A stretch of 64,000 bases of DNA. It comes from Gemmatimonadota bacterium. Lineage in GTDB: Bacteria; JBHIER01; G020348925. The notes beneath the pieces are model-generated. The model searched no databases, was not told the origin of the DNA, and saw only the letters and a program-made list of their open reading frames with translations. Location of the stretch: contig CP070758.1 in assembly GCA_020348925.1 (NCBI GenBank), positions 2,991,688 to 3,055,687 on the forward strand, given 5' to 3'. Shown here in pieces: positions 11,354 to 20,935 of the stretch. Each line of letters starts with the position of its first letter. The stretch's first letter is position 1. A program made the translations under genes and the position numbers.

Positions 11354-11903
11354 AGAGAATTTCAAGAATACTGAAGAGAGAATGAAAAAAACTTTGCTGG
11401 CCTTAGAACATGAATTTATGGGAGTTCGAACCGGCCGGGCTTCAACCTCCCTTTTGGATGGAATTAAGGTGGAATACTATGGCTCGATGGTTCCTCTTCA
11501 ACAGGTTGCAACTGTGGCCACACCAGAGGCGAGATTGATCACGATTCAACCTTGGGAAAAGAATTTGATAGGGCCTATTGAAAAGGCTATTTTGAAATCG
11601 GATTTAGGATTAACACCAACAAGTGACGGGCACATTATTCGACTGCCGTTTCCGACCCTCACCGAGGAACGGCGGAAAGATCTTGTGAAGGTTGTGAAAC
11701 GATTTGCTGAAGAGAGCCGTGTTGCTGTGCGTAACATTCGCCGAGATGCAAACGCCGAATTGAAGAATGCCGAGAAAAAGGGAGAAATCTCCGAAGATGA
11801 GAGCCACACGGCCCAGGAAGAGGTTCAGGAATTGACAAACATATACATAGAGCATATTGACAACGCCTTGAGTGACAAGGAAAAAGAGATTATGGAGGAG
11901 TAA
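11346..11903 (+). CDS. frr: Ribosome recycling factor
   Basis: RTGRA, LTEERRKDLVK, VRNIRRD. Confidence 0.98.
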   Translation: MIKENFKNTEERMKKTLLALEHEFMGVRTGRASTSLLDGIKVEYYGSMVPLQQVATVATPEARLITIQPWEKNLIGPIEKAILKSDLGLTPTSDGHIIRLPFPTLTEERRKDLVKVVKRFAEESRVAVRNIRRDANAELKNAEKKGEISEDESHTAQEEVQELTNIYIEHIDNALSDKEKEIMEE

Positions 11904-12074
11904 ATCTTGAGTAAACATATCAATCAATATTTGGAAAAGTGATCCATCGACAGAAGACTGAAGGATTTCGAAATAACGCTTTTTCAAGGTCAGCAGGGGT
12001 TGCGAAATAGTCATTCGTCAAGAGAAAACTTTGGATTTTCGAACAATAATCGTTCAAGAGGAGAAAGAAGAAGA

Positions 12075-12111
12075 GACCTCTGGGGAGCGAACGTTCTCCA
12101 GGGGTTTTTTT
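12075..12111 (+). terminator. Intrinsic terminator
   Basis: GACCTCTGGGGAGCG-aa-CGTTCTCCAGGGGTT followed by a T-run. Confidence 0.7.
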
Positions 12112-12136
12112 CTCCAAGCCGTCTGGTCGAGGAACC

Positions 12137-13093
12137 ATGAGAGCGCTCGTTTTTAATGGAAAGCTGCGATTTGAGATGTCCTATCCGGATCCATCCATGG
12201 AAGAAGGTGAGGCACTTATTCGTGTGCTCTGTGTCGGTATTTGCAATACAGATCTTGAAATAGTGAAAGGATATATGTCGTATTCGGGAATTGTGGGACA
12301 CGAGTTTGTTGGTGTCGTGGAAGATTGTCATGACCAGCGATGGATAGGGAAGAGAGTTGTCGGGGAGATCAATTGCGGTTGTGGCAGTTGCCGGATCTGT
12401 CAAAACGGGATTGAGAAACATTGTCCCGAGAGAACCGTGCTGGGAATTGTTCGTCGGAATGGGGTATGTGCAGATTATATAACCCTGCCAGTTGAGAATC
12501 TCCACATGATCCCTGATTCCATTGCTGATGAAGAAGCGGTATTCGTGGAACCTTTGGCTGCGGCTTTTCGTGTCGTGGAACAGGTTCCAATTGCGTCTTC
12601 TCACAAGGTGATTGTATTGGGTGATGGAAAGCTGGGACTGCTTGTGGTTCAGGTCATGCAGATGATGCGATGTGACTTGACCCTCATTGGCAAACATGAA
12701 TCCAAACTCAGGATCGCACAACAACAGGGAATTGCAGCCGCTTTCGCTGAACAGTACAAAGGGGGAAAGGCAGATGTGGTTGTCGATTGTACAGGATCAC
12801 CGGATGGATTTGAATCCGCCCTGGGGTTAACTCGCCCGGAAGGGATCCTCATTCTGAAGAGTACCTTCGCGCAAAAAGCAAACCTCAATATGAGTCCGAT
12901 CGTAGTTGATGAGATGACTCTCATCGGATCCCGGTGTGGTCCTTTCGGACCGGCCATTGACGGTCTTGCCCGGGGAGTGATCCGTGTCAAACCACTCGTC
13001 ACGAGAATCATGCCATTCGAAATGGGAGTTGAGGCGTTTGGCATTGCATCGCAGAGGGAGACTCTCAAAGTCCTCCTGAGAGTCTCGTCCTGA
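12137..13093 (+). CDS. Zinc-dependent alcohol dehydrogenase (MDR family)
   Basis: GICNTD, GHEFVG, CGSCRICQNGIEKHC, GDGKLG. Confidence 0.92.
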   Translation: MRALVFNGKLRFEMSYPDPSMEEGEALIRVLCVGICNTDLEIVKGYMSYSGIVGHEFVGVVEDCHDQRWIGKRVVGEINCGCGSCRICQNGIEKHCPERTVLGIVRRNGVCADYITLPVENLHMIPDSIADEEAVFVEPLAAAFRVVEQVPIASSHKVIVLGDGKLGLLVVQVMQMMRCDLTLIGKHESKLRIAQQQGIAAAFAEQYKGGKADVVVDCTGSPDGFESALGLTRPEGILILKSTFAQKANLNMSPIVVDEMTLIGSRCGPFGPAIDGLARGVIRVKPLVTRIMPFEMGVEAFGIASQRETLKVLLRVSS

Positions 13094-13289
13094 CGGTTCT
13101 CCTCGATCAGAATTGCCAAGGTCTTCTGCATTCGGTAGCAAGAGATCGAAAAGCGAGAATTTTGTGAGAAAATGATTGACATTTTCATAAATATTATATA
13201 TTTTTGCAAGTTCTGAGAGTACGAGAGGTGCCTTAATAATCGATACTTGTTGAAATTACGCACCAAAAATAACAATTGGAGGAAGAGCG

Positions 13290-14750
13290 ATGGCATCAAT
13301 TTTTTCAAATCTTGAACCGGCTCTGCTGTGGAAACATTTCGATGAACTTCGAAAAATTCCACGTTGTTCTGGGGAAGAGACGGCTGTCGGTGATTACGTT
13401 GTCTCCGTAGCGAAGAAGCTCAATTTGGATTTCAAGAGAGATGACGTGGGAAATATTGTTGTTCAGAAATCCGGTAGTACCGGGCATGAGAATGCATCCG
13501 TCGTCATCTTGCAGGGACATCTGGACATGGTGTGTGAGAAAGATTCGGGCGTCGCTCATGATTTTGTGAAAGATCCGATTCAGATTGAACGCGACGGCGA
13601 TTGGTTTAAAGCGAAAGGAACGACGCTTGGGGCTGATAATGGCATTGGCGTGGCCGCAGCCTTGGCTGTCATGGAAGAAGATGCGCTGGTTCACGGTCCA
13701 CTGGAATTGCTCTTCACCGTTGACGAAGAGAGAGGACTGACTGGTGCTTCCCAAATTCAACCCGATTTTCTCACGGGAAGAACCTTTCTTAACCTCGACA
13801 GCGAGGAAGAAGGGGCATTCTTCATTGGCTGCTCTGGGGGTGGAGATACCCTCATAACACTACCTTTACAAAAGAGGGATACACCTGAGGGTACGGGATT
13901 GAGCATTGCAATCACGGGGCTTCGGGGAGGTCACTCCGGAATCGATATTGATCAAGGAAGAGCGAATGCCATTAAATTGGTAACGAGAATGCTGTGGAAG
14001 GTTGGAAAAAACCACCCGTTTTTCCTCATCCAGTTTCATGGTGGCAACAAAAGAAATGCCATTGCCAGAGAAGCCAGGGCCGAGGTCATTGTTCCAAAGG
14101 CAGCAATGAGCGCTTTCCAGCAAGAGTTACGGAATGCCTTTGAAGACATAATTTTTGAATTTAAGGCGGTCGAGAAGGATATGGATCTTAAGATTGAGGA
14201 GTTGAGCGGCCGAGTTTCAGAGGTGTGTGACACCGATTCGCAAGCGATGTTCCTCAACCTTCTCCTTGGGTTACCGCACGGAGTGCTGGCCATGAGCCAG
14301 GAGATTCCCGATTTAGTGGAAACGTCAAACAATTTAGCCACGGTTGCATGGAGCGAGCAGAACGCTAAAGTCGGTTTAAGCAGCCGCTCCTCAATTGGGT
14401 CTGCTCTTCAGGCCACGAAAGATATGCTCAGGGCACTTGCTGAAATGGCTGGGGCTGATATCGATCAACCGGAGGGATATCCGGGATGGACCCCGAACCT
14501 GGACTCGCCAATCCTGCATGTGATGTAAGTAATTTACAAGGAACTTTTTGGAAAGGAAGCGGAGGTGAAAGCCATCCATGCCGGCCTTGAATGTGGGCTT
14601 ATTGGGGAGCGTTTTTCAGGAATGGACATGGTTTCCTTTGGTCCCGATCTTCAGCATCCTCACTCTCCGGAAGAACGCGTTCATATCGGATCAGTCGAGA
14701 ACTTCTGGAAGCTCTTAACGGTTACGTTGAAACGTTTGGCCGATTCGTAG
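13290..14750 (+). pseudogene. pepD: Aminoacyl-histidine dipeptidase PepD (M20C) with an in-frame TAA at 14526-14528
   Basis: LQGHLDMV, TTLGADNGIG, DEE, GGHSG. The same frame continues past TAA into VIYKELFGKEAEVKAIHAGLECG...HSPEE. Real lesion or consensus error. Confidence 0.88.
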
Positions 14751-14933
14751 ACGTCTACTGAAATAAAACGAATATCAAGAGACTTGCATCTTCAGAGAGA
14801 TTCCACATCCTTTGGCATCATTTGTTTTGTGGTATGATATTTGGGAGAAATGGTTTATAACCTGTAGCAGTTAATAGTCTGCTCACTACGTACCTTTCAC
14901 TTCCTTCGTGTAAGCTGTTGGAATTCAACTCCT

Positions 14934-15326
14934 ATGTCACATGTGATCGTGCGGACACTGAGTAATTTTTTCAAGAAGAACTGGAAAATTATTTTCGTTC
15001 TTCTTGCGCTGATTCTTTTTATTGGTGTTGCCCAGCGGCTCGGTCTCGATAAGAAAGCAATCGTCATCATCGTTCTTTTTTTCGGTTATGTGACCCAACT
15101 GTTTGCCATACTCGTTGGGCTCATCGCTCTCATCCCCATTATTGGCCCACCTGTTGCCAGCGTCATATCGCTCCCTTTCTTTTTGATCGTGAATGCCATC
15201 GCTTATATCGTCACCCTCTTCTCGTTGCGAAAAGGGTATACCAAGGATGTCTTGGGTTCCAGAATCTTGGTGACAACGCTCCTCGTTGGTATCATCATTG
15301 GCTATGCGTTGGGAAAACTGCTCTGA
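14934..15326 (+). CDS. Small integral membrane protein of unknown function
   Basis: 130 aa with about four hydrophobic segments. Confidence 0.75.
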   Translation: MSHVIVRTLSNFFKKNWKIIFVLLALILFIGVAQRLGLDKKAIVIIVLFFGYVTQLFAILVGLIALIPIIGPPVASVISLPFFLIVNAIAYIVTLFSLRKGYTKDVLGSRILVTTLLVGIIIGYALGKLL

Positions 15327-15372
15327 TCTTCGGCACGAATTCATCGAGATCGATTTTGCTGTCGAATAGTCT

Positions 15373-16188
15373 TCAATCTGACGGTTTTTTCGGTTTTGTT
15401 GCCTCGATCGTGGCAGATGCGACAAAATCTTCAGCATTACTTCCAGGAGCCCACTCTTGGATGAGTTTTCGGGTTTCATCAATCGGTTTTATTCGTATCG
15501 TACTGAAACCGGTTGTGCGGAGTATGTCTTCAAGTTCTTCAATTGAAGCAGCGCCGGCGATACATCCAACATAAAGAGCCGGATCCTTTTTCATATTCCC
15601 TGGAAGTGAGGTTGTGGCTACGATATCCGATATAGCGACACGCCCGCCTGGTTTCAGAACACGAAAAATTTCCGTGAACACTTTCCGTTTATTCGGAGAC
15701 AGATTAATAACACAATTTGAAATTATTACATCAACTGAATCATCAGGAACCGGAAGATTTTCAATTTCTCCCAAGCGGAATTCAACGTTTTCAAATTCCC
15801 ATTTTGAAATGTTCTCTCGGGCTCGACTCACCATCTCCGGTGTCATATCGACCCCGATAACATATCCTGTTTCTCCTACTTTTTTTGCTGCAAGGTAACA
15901 GTCGAATCCAGTGCCGCTTCCCAGGTCAAGAACGGTTTCTCCGATTTTAAGCCTTGCTATGGTGAGAGGATTCCCACAGCATAACCCCGTTGATTCTTCC
16001 CCGTGAAATTCAAAAACTTCCTCGGCAGCGTAGCCAAATTGCTCGAAAGTGCTTACTCCTGATCCTGTCTGGTTTTCGCTGTCGCAGTAAGATGGGGGTG
16101 AAGAACATTCGCACCTCATCGCCTTTTTTTCTGCCGCTTTGCCATAATGCTCGCGAACGAGTTTCCGAATTTCTTCTTTCTCCTTCAT
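15373..16188 (-). CDS. arsM: Arsenite S-adenosylmethionine methyltransferase
   Basis: VREHYG, GLCCGNP, VLDLGSGTGFD, ISNCVINL, GCIAGA. Start 16188 chosen by RBS spacing. Confidence 0.9.
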   Translation of the reverse strand: MKEKEEIRKLVREHYGKAAEKKAMRCECSSPPSYCDSENQTGSGVSTFEQFGYAAEEVFEFHGEESTGLCCGNPLTIARLKIGETVLDLGSGTGFDCYLAAKKVGETGYVIGVDMTPEMVSRARENISKWEFENVEFRLGEIENLPVPDDSVDVIISNCVINLSPNKRKVFTEIFRVLKPGGRVAISDIVATTSLPGNMKKDPALYVGCIAGAASIEELEDILRTTGFSTIRIKPIDETRKLIQEWAPGSNAEDFVASATIEATKPKKPSD

Positions 16189-16278
16189 ACTCATTCTCCT
16201 TTTTATCAAAGCATTTTTTCCGCCTATTCATGAACGAAAATGTTACCGAAGAGATATCACGTCCTCTCAACAAGTACG

Positions 16279-17601
16279 CTAATTCTGCTTGTCCAAGTTC
16301 AAAAGATTATCTCTATCAAGCACTTGCCCTTCCAGCATGACAAGAGAGATCTCTTTCAGATTTTTTATGTTTTCTAAGGGATTTTTGTCAACAACCAGAA
16401 TATCCGCTCTGCAGCCAGGTTTTATCTGGCCGACTTCTTTCCACTTGAAGATTTCGGAAAAATTGCTCGTCGCTGCAGCGATGACCTCGCGTTCGCTCAG
16501 ACCAACCCTCGTCAACAATTCCAATTCCTGGTGGAGAGAGATCCCTGGCAGTGTGCCGTTGATGTCATTGCCGCTGCCGGCTAAATACTTGACCCCGGCT
16601 TTGTAAAACTGTTCCTCGATCTTCAAGGTATTATTAATAAACTTCGAGACGATTTCCATCTGCTGGGAATTAAAATTATGCTTTCCTGTTGATGTATTTA
16701 AAGGATTTTGTATGTCTTCGGGATTCAAAATACTTGCCACAGGCTCTTTCCACACGTTATCGAAAAAGGGCGCATCGACACCAGGAATTGCCAGCGTGGG
16801 TATGAGGGCGGCAGAGCGTGACCCCAAGACCTTGGCAAACTCGCGGACGAAATCTGCTTCCGGGTCAACATCCGTGAGCCATGATCGAAATTCCCGAAAG
16901 GCCGGACCGTGAGGCTGCTCAATAATTCTCTTTCGCATATCCGGGGGAGCCAGTTCAATGGTGTATCGGCCAAAATGCAAGATGGCGTCGATACCCAATT
17001 CTAATGCCTCTCCATAAGAAAGTTTGGCAAATTCACCAATGGCCGGCATGCCCAGCTCGTGGGCTTTTTTGACGGCCAACTTGACCTGCTCCGGTCTCAG
17101 AGCATACATCACGTTGAGGAACTTGACACCGTTCTTGGCATGTTCCTCGATCTGTTTCAGCATGTCCTCTGTGGTAATATCAAAATGGCCAACGTCGCCA
17201 TAGAGATAGATATTCGGGCAGGGATCGGCATCCGGAAACAGCGGATTTCGCCTGTACCCGTAGCATCCAACAATGGACGTGACACCCATATACAGGTACG
17301 CATTGGCAAATGCCTGATTATCGAGCGCCCCATACCCATCGATGAGCCCTGGTAAGACATACCTGTTCGTAACGTCGATGGCTTGGGCGTCTCTTGGTAT
17401 GGTGACCGTCTTCCGGTTCCCAACCACCACAATCTTTTCTCCCTGGATGACTATCACGGCATCTTGAATATCGTGTGTGGATTTGCCGAAATTTGCGACA
17501 TCGATAATGGTTCCTCCGGCCAATACAAGTGTTTCAGGGTGGGCAAAAACGAGGGAACTCATCAGAATAATACACAGTATAGCAGCGATTCCTTTTATCA
17601 C
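16279..17601 (-). CDS. Secreted amidohydrolase-fold protein lacking the HxH motif
   Basis: Signal peptide; LPGLIDGYGA in place of LPGLIDxHxH; MGVTSI; GSGND; GQIKPGCRAD. Confidence 0.85.
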   Translation of the reverse strand: MIKGIAAILCIILMSSLVFAHPETLVLAGGTIIDVANFGKSTHDIQDAVIVIQGEKIVVVGNRKTVTIPRDAQAIDVTNRYVLPGLIDGYGALDNQAFANAYLYMGVTSIVGCYGYRRNPLFPDADPCPNIYLYGDVGHFDITTEDMLKQIEEHAKNGVKFLNVMYALRPEQVKLAVKKAHELGMPAIGEFAKLSYGEALELGIDAILHFGRYTIELAPPDMRKRIIEQPHGPAFREFRSWLTDVDPEADFVREFAKVLGSRSAALIPTLAIPGVDAPFFDNVWKEPVASILNPEDIQNPLNTSTGKHNFNSQQMEIVSKFINNTLKIEEQFYKAGVKYLAGSGNDINGTLPGISLHQELELLTRVGLSEREVIAAATSNFSEIFKWKEVGQIKPGCRADILVVDKNPLENIKNLKEISLVMLEGQVLDRDNLLNLDKQN

Positions 17602-17685
17602 GACGATCTCCTTCTCAGTTTTCAGAACGAGCGGTTGGTATGAATGGCCTGATTTTTTTCATGTCCGCTGGGTGAAGAGAATAAC

Positions 17686-19830
17686 TCAGAGCATTTCCTT
17701 TAGATAAGAGATGTTACGGTCAATTTCCTCTTTCGGACACGGCTTGCCATGACCGGGTATTATCATATCAATGTTCAACCTTCTCAGTCGCTCAAGTTGA
17801 GCAATCCATTGTTTCCACTCGGCCGGTCCTCCGAAATGTGTCGTTAGATTCATGCCCTCATATATTGCATCTCCAGCAAAGAGTGTCCGTGATTTCGGAT
17901 GGTATACAGAAAGTTCATCCGGGAGATGACCGGGTGTCGTGAGCAAGTGTATCTCCTCGCCATCGATTTGTAAAACTGTATCCTGTGTAATAATTTGATC
18001 GGGATGAGAAAGCAGAACATCACCGAATATTTGATCTGCTTTCTCAAGGCTCCATCCGAGCCTGTGGACCATGACATCTTTGTACCGGTCTTTAAAAACA
18101 CCAAACCACTCTTTCAAGATCTGATGGGCAATAACCCTCGCTCCTTTTTCCTTCATCACGCGCATGCCAAAAACATGGTCGGAGTGGCGATGGGTTAGAA
18201 TTAAATACAGCGTCTCATCTCCCTTCATTCTTTCCCCGGCAGTTTTCCAGAGAAACTCGGCAGATGCAATGCTCATACCAGCATCGATGAAAATCACGCT
18301 CTTTGAGGTAAAAATCATCCCGGCATTCGTTCCCGCATCTTCACCGGCAGGATGATACAGGTCTGTTACAGCGATCACATTTTCTGCAAGTTCACGAACG
18401 TCTGGATTTCCCAACCCAGGTATCATATATTGGTGTTCTTGCTTTATTGCCGGTGTGGAGTGTACGGGATTTTCAGGGGCCGGGCCCTGGGGAGTATCGA
18501 CCGGGTTCTTGGATTTGAATTGTAATAACTTCTCTCGATCGAGGAGTTCTCCGCGCACGATAACCGAATGAATAGCTTTAAGGTTTTTAATGTTGTCCAG
18601 TGGGTTTTTGTTGGTGACAAGAATGTCCGCACGGCACCCAGGTTTGATCTGACCGACTTCCTTCCACCCGAAAATTTCAGGAAAATTGGATGTTGCTGCG
18701 GCGACGGCTTCCCGCTCGGTCAAACCCACTTGGGTGAGCAGTAACAGCTCCTGGTGAAGAGAAATGCCTGGCATCGTCCCGGATATATCCGTACCGCTGC
18801 CTGCAAGATATTTGGCTCCTGCTTGATAATACTTCTGTTCAATTTTTATGATATTCTCCCCGAGTCTCACTATTTCATTCTGAAAGGAAGATCCAAAAGT
18901 GTGCTTCCCTGTCGTGGTATCTAAGGGGAAGTGGATATCTTGCGAATGTAAAATAGTCGCAACAGGTTCGTTCCAAGGATTTTCTAAGATGGGGAGGTCC
19001 ATACTGCTTAAGCTCAACGTAGGCATAAGGGCAGCGGAACCTGAACCCAAGATTTTCGCGTATTCGAGTATGAGTTCATCCTCCGGATCGATGCCAGCCA
19101 ACCACCTTCGAAACTGCCTCGCAGGAGGTCCGAAAGGCTCGGCGGCCACCTCAGCCTGCATCTCGGGAGGAGCCAGTTCGATGGAATATCGCCCCGAATG
19201 AACAAACGCATCGACTCCGTGTTGAATAGCCTCCTTGTAGGAGGTATATCCTAATTCCCCTACAGTCACCATATTCCGTGAATGGGCTTTTTCAACGGCA
19301 CGCTGCAGCTGATCAGGTCTCAGCCCATAATGTAAAATGAGAAACCGGACACCATCTTGTGCCAAGTCCTCGATTTGGTGCAACATTTCAGACGTTTCTG
19401 ATTCGAAAGATCCGATGCTGCCAAAGCGAAAGATATTCGGGCACGGATTGGCATCTTCAAATAACGGAGCCCGCCGATAACCGTGAATCCCTACAATAGA
19501 TGTTACTCCCATATAGAGATAGGCGTTTGCATACGCCTGATTATCCAGAGAGGCAAAACCATCAATGAGTCCTGGTAAGATATATGTACCGGTTGCATCT
19601 ATAACCTTCGCCTCCTTGGGAATCTGTATTTCATTTTTATGCCCTACTGCGACTATTTTCTGACCTGCAATGACCACGGTTGCTTTTTCGATATCCGTTT
19701 GAGAGTGACCGAAATTGGATACGTCGATGAGTGTCCCCCCGGTGAGGACAATAGTATCGGGATGTGAAATGACGGGAAGAACAAAAAAGCTTGTAATAAA
19801 CGTACATAGTGTGAGGATGAAGTTTTTCAT
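17686..19830 (-). CDS. Secreted amidohydrolase-fold protein (no HxH) fused to a metallo-beta-lactamase-fold domain
   Basis: Paralogue of the neighbouring gene (LPGLIDGFAS). Pro-rich linker, then THRHSDH, TPGH, FAGD, IPGHG. Confidence 0.85.
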   Translation of the reverse strand: MKNFILTLCTFITSFFVLPVISHPDTIVLTGGTLIDVSNFGHSQTDIEKATVVIAGQKIVAVGHKNEIQIPKEAKVIDATGTYILPGLIDGFASLDNQAYANAYLYMGVTSIVGIHGYRRAPLFEDANPCPNIFRFGSIGSFESETSEMLHQIEDLAQDGVRFLILHYGLRPDQLQRAVEKAHSRNMVTVGELGYTSYKEAIQHGVDAFVHSGRYSIELAPPEMQAEVAAEPFGPPARQFRRWLAGIDPEDELILEYAKILGSGSAALMPTLSLSSMDLPILENPWNEPVATILHSQDIHFPLDTTTGKHTFGSSFQNEIVRLGENIIKIEQKYYQAGAKYLAGSGTDISGTMPGISLHQELLLLTQVGLTEREAVAAATSNFPEIFGWKEVGQIKPGCRADILVTNKNPLDNIKNLKAIHSVIVRGELLDREKLLQFKSKNPVDTPQGPAPENPVHSTPAIKQEHQYMIPGLGNPDVRELAENVIAVTDLYHPAGEDAGTNAGMIFTSKSVIFIDAGMSIASAEFLWKTAGERMKGDETLYLILTHRHSDHVFGMRVMKEKGARVIAHQILKEWFGVFKDRYKDVMVHRLGWSLEKADQIFGDVLLSHPDQIITQDTVLQIDGEEIHLLTTPGHLPDELSVYHPKSRTLFAGDAIYEGMNLTTHFGGPAEWKQWIAQLERLRRLNIDMIIPGHGKPCPKEEIDRNISYLKEML

Positions 19831-19918
19831 AGGATTCTCCTTTCTACGCCTCTACGACATTTTTCTTTTATAGAAATTCACTGAAATATCGTATCCTTAT
19901 ACCTGTTCTTGGAGCACT

Positions 19919-20835
19919 TTACTTCATAAGGACCATGCGCCTTGTTTCCCTGAAATGAACCTGATTTTTCGGAGATGTTCCCTTGGCTTCAATCCGATAG
20001 AAATAGATGCCACTACTCATATCGGATGCATCCCATTGGACGGTGTGATGGCCTGCTTCCTGCTCGCCGTCCGCCAAGACTTTCACCAACTGACCCAGTG
20101 TATTGTACACCTCCAACCGTATCTCACTTGTTCTGGGTAAAGAGTATTCAATCGTGGTGACAGGATTAAAGGGATTCGGATAATTTTGGAAAAGAAAATA
20201 CACTTGTGGTATGTTCTCCACACCACCAGAGCTTTCTTTTACATTCGAAACAGGAATCATATTACCGTCGATACCGACCAAAATCACCCCATTTATTTCA
20301 ATGTCTCCGGGTCTTGCCTGTGTGTGACATGGAATCCTGAGAATCAGGTCCTCTTCTGGGCTTATGGTACCTCCCTCAGTGTTGTATACCACCACGATGA
20401 CCTCTCCCTCTTTTCTGTTGGAGGTTAAGGTCATAGGAGGGATTTGATCATCCAGGACTGGATCACCGATAGCAATCCCTTCAGTCACTGTGAGATTGAA
20501 CTGGGCAGCGGCGATGGGAACGTCCGAGTGCACAGAGATGATAAACTCGTTCTCAGTGCTAAGGGCTGCTTCTTTGAGACGAGTATCAACTGTAGCTGAA
20601 CCCTGATTTTCAGATACCATCCTCTTCGGATTGAGGATGCTGTTTACAAGATGGACTGCATCGCTGATGTTCACCTTGTCGTCTTCATTGAAGTCAGCCG
20701 CCCAGTGTACATAGGAGCCGGTCTCCAGACCCAGAACGACGTTCACCGTGAAAACGACATCGACGATATCGACGACCATGTCGCAGTTGACGTCTCCCAT
20801 CTCCACCATCGACCACATGGTGATGTCATCGATGG
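19919..20835 (-). CDS. 3' part of a secreted protein: dockerin, cohesin-like domain, C-terminal sorting domain
   Basis: GDVNCDMVVDIVD...ADFNEDDKVNISD; DVPIAAAQFNL...IEINGVILVGIDG; QNYPNPFNP...SSGIYFY...RMVLMK. Truncated by the N gap. Confidence 0.75.
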
Positions 20836-20935
20836 NNNNNNNNNNNNNNNNNNNNNNNNNNNNNNNNNNNNNNNNNNNNNNNNNNNNNNNNNNNNNNNNN
20901 NNNNNNNNNNNNNNNNNNNNNNNNNNNNNNNNNNN
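20836..20935. other. Scaffold gap
   Basis: Exactly 100 N; true size unknown. Confidence 0.99.

Noticed and set aside
14526-14528. Genome-wide TAA reassignment
   Set aside because: rpsI, tsf and frr end at TAA at their expected C-termini.
15960-16130. Selenocysteine in ArsM
   Set aside because: No in-frame TGA; the motif positions are ordinary Cys codons.
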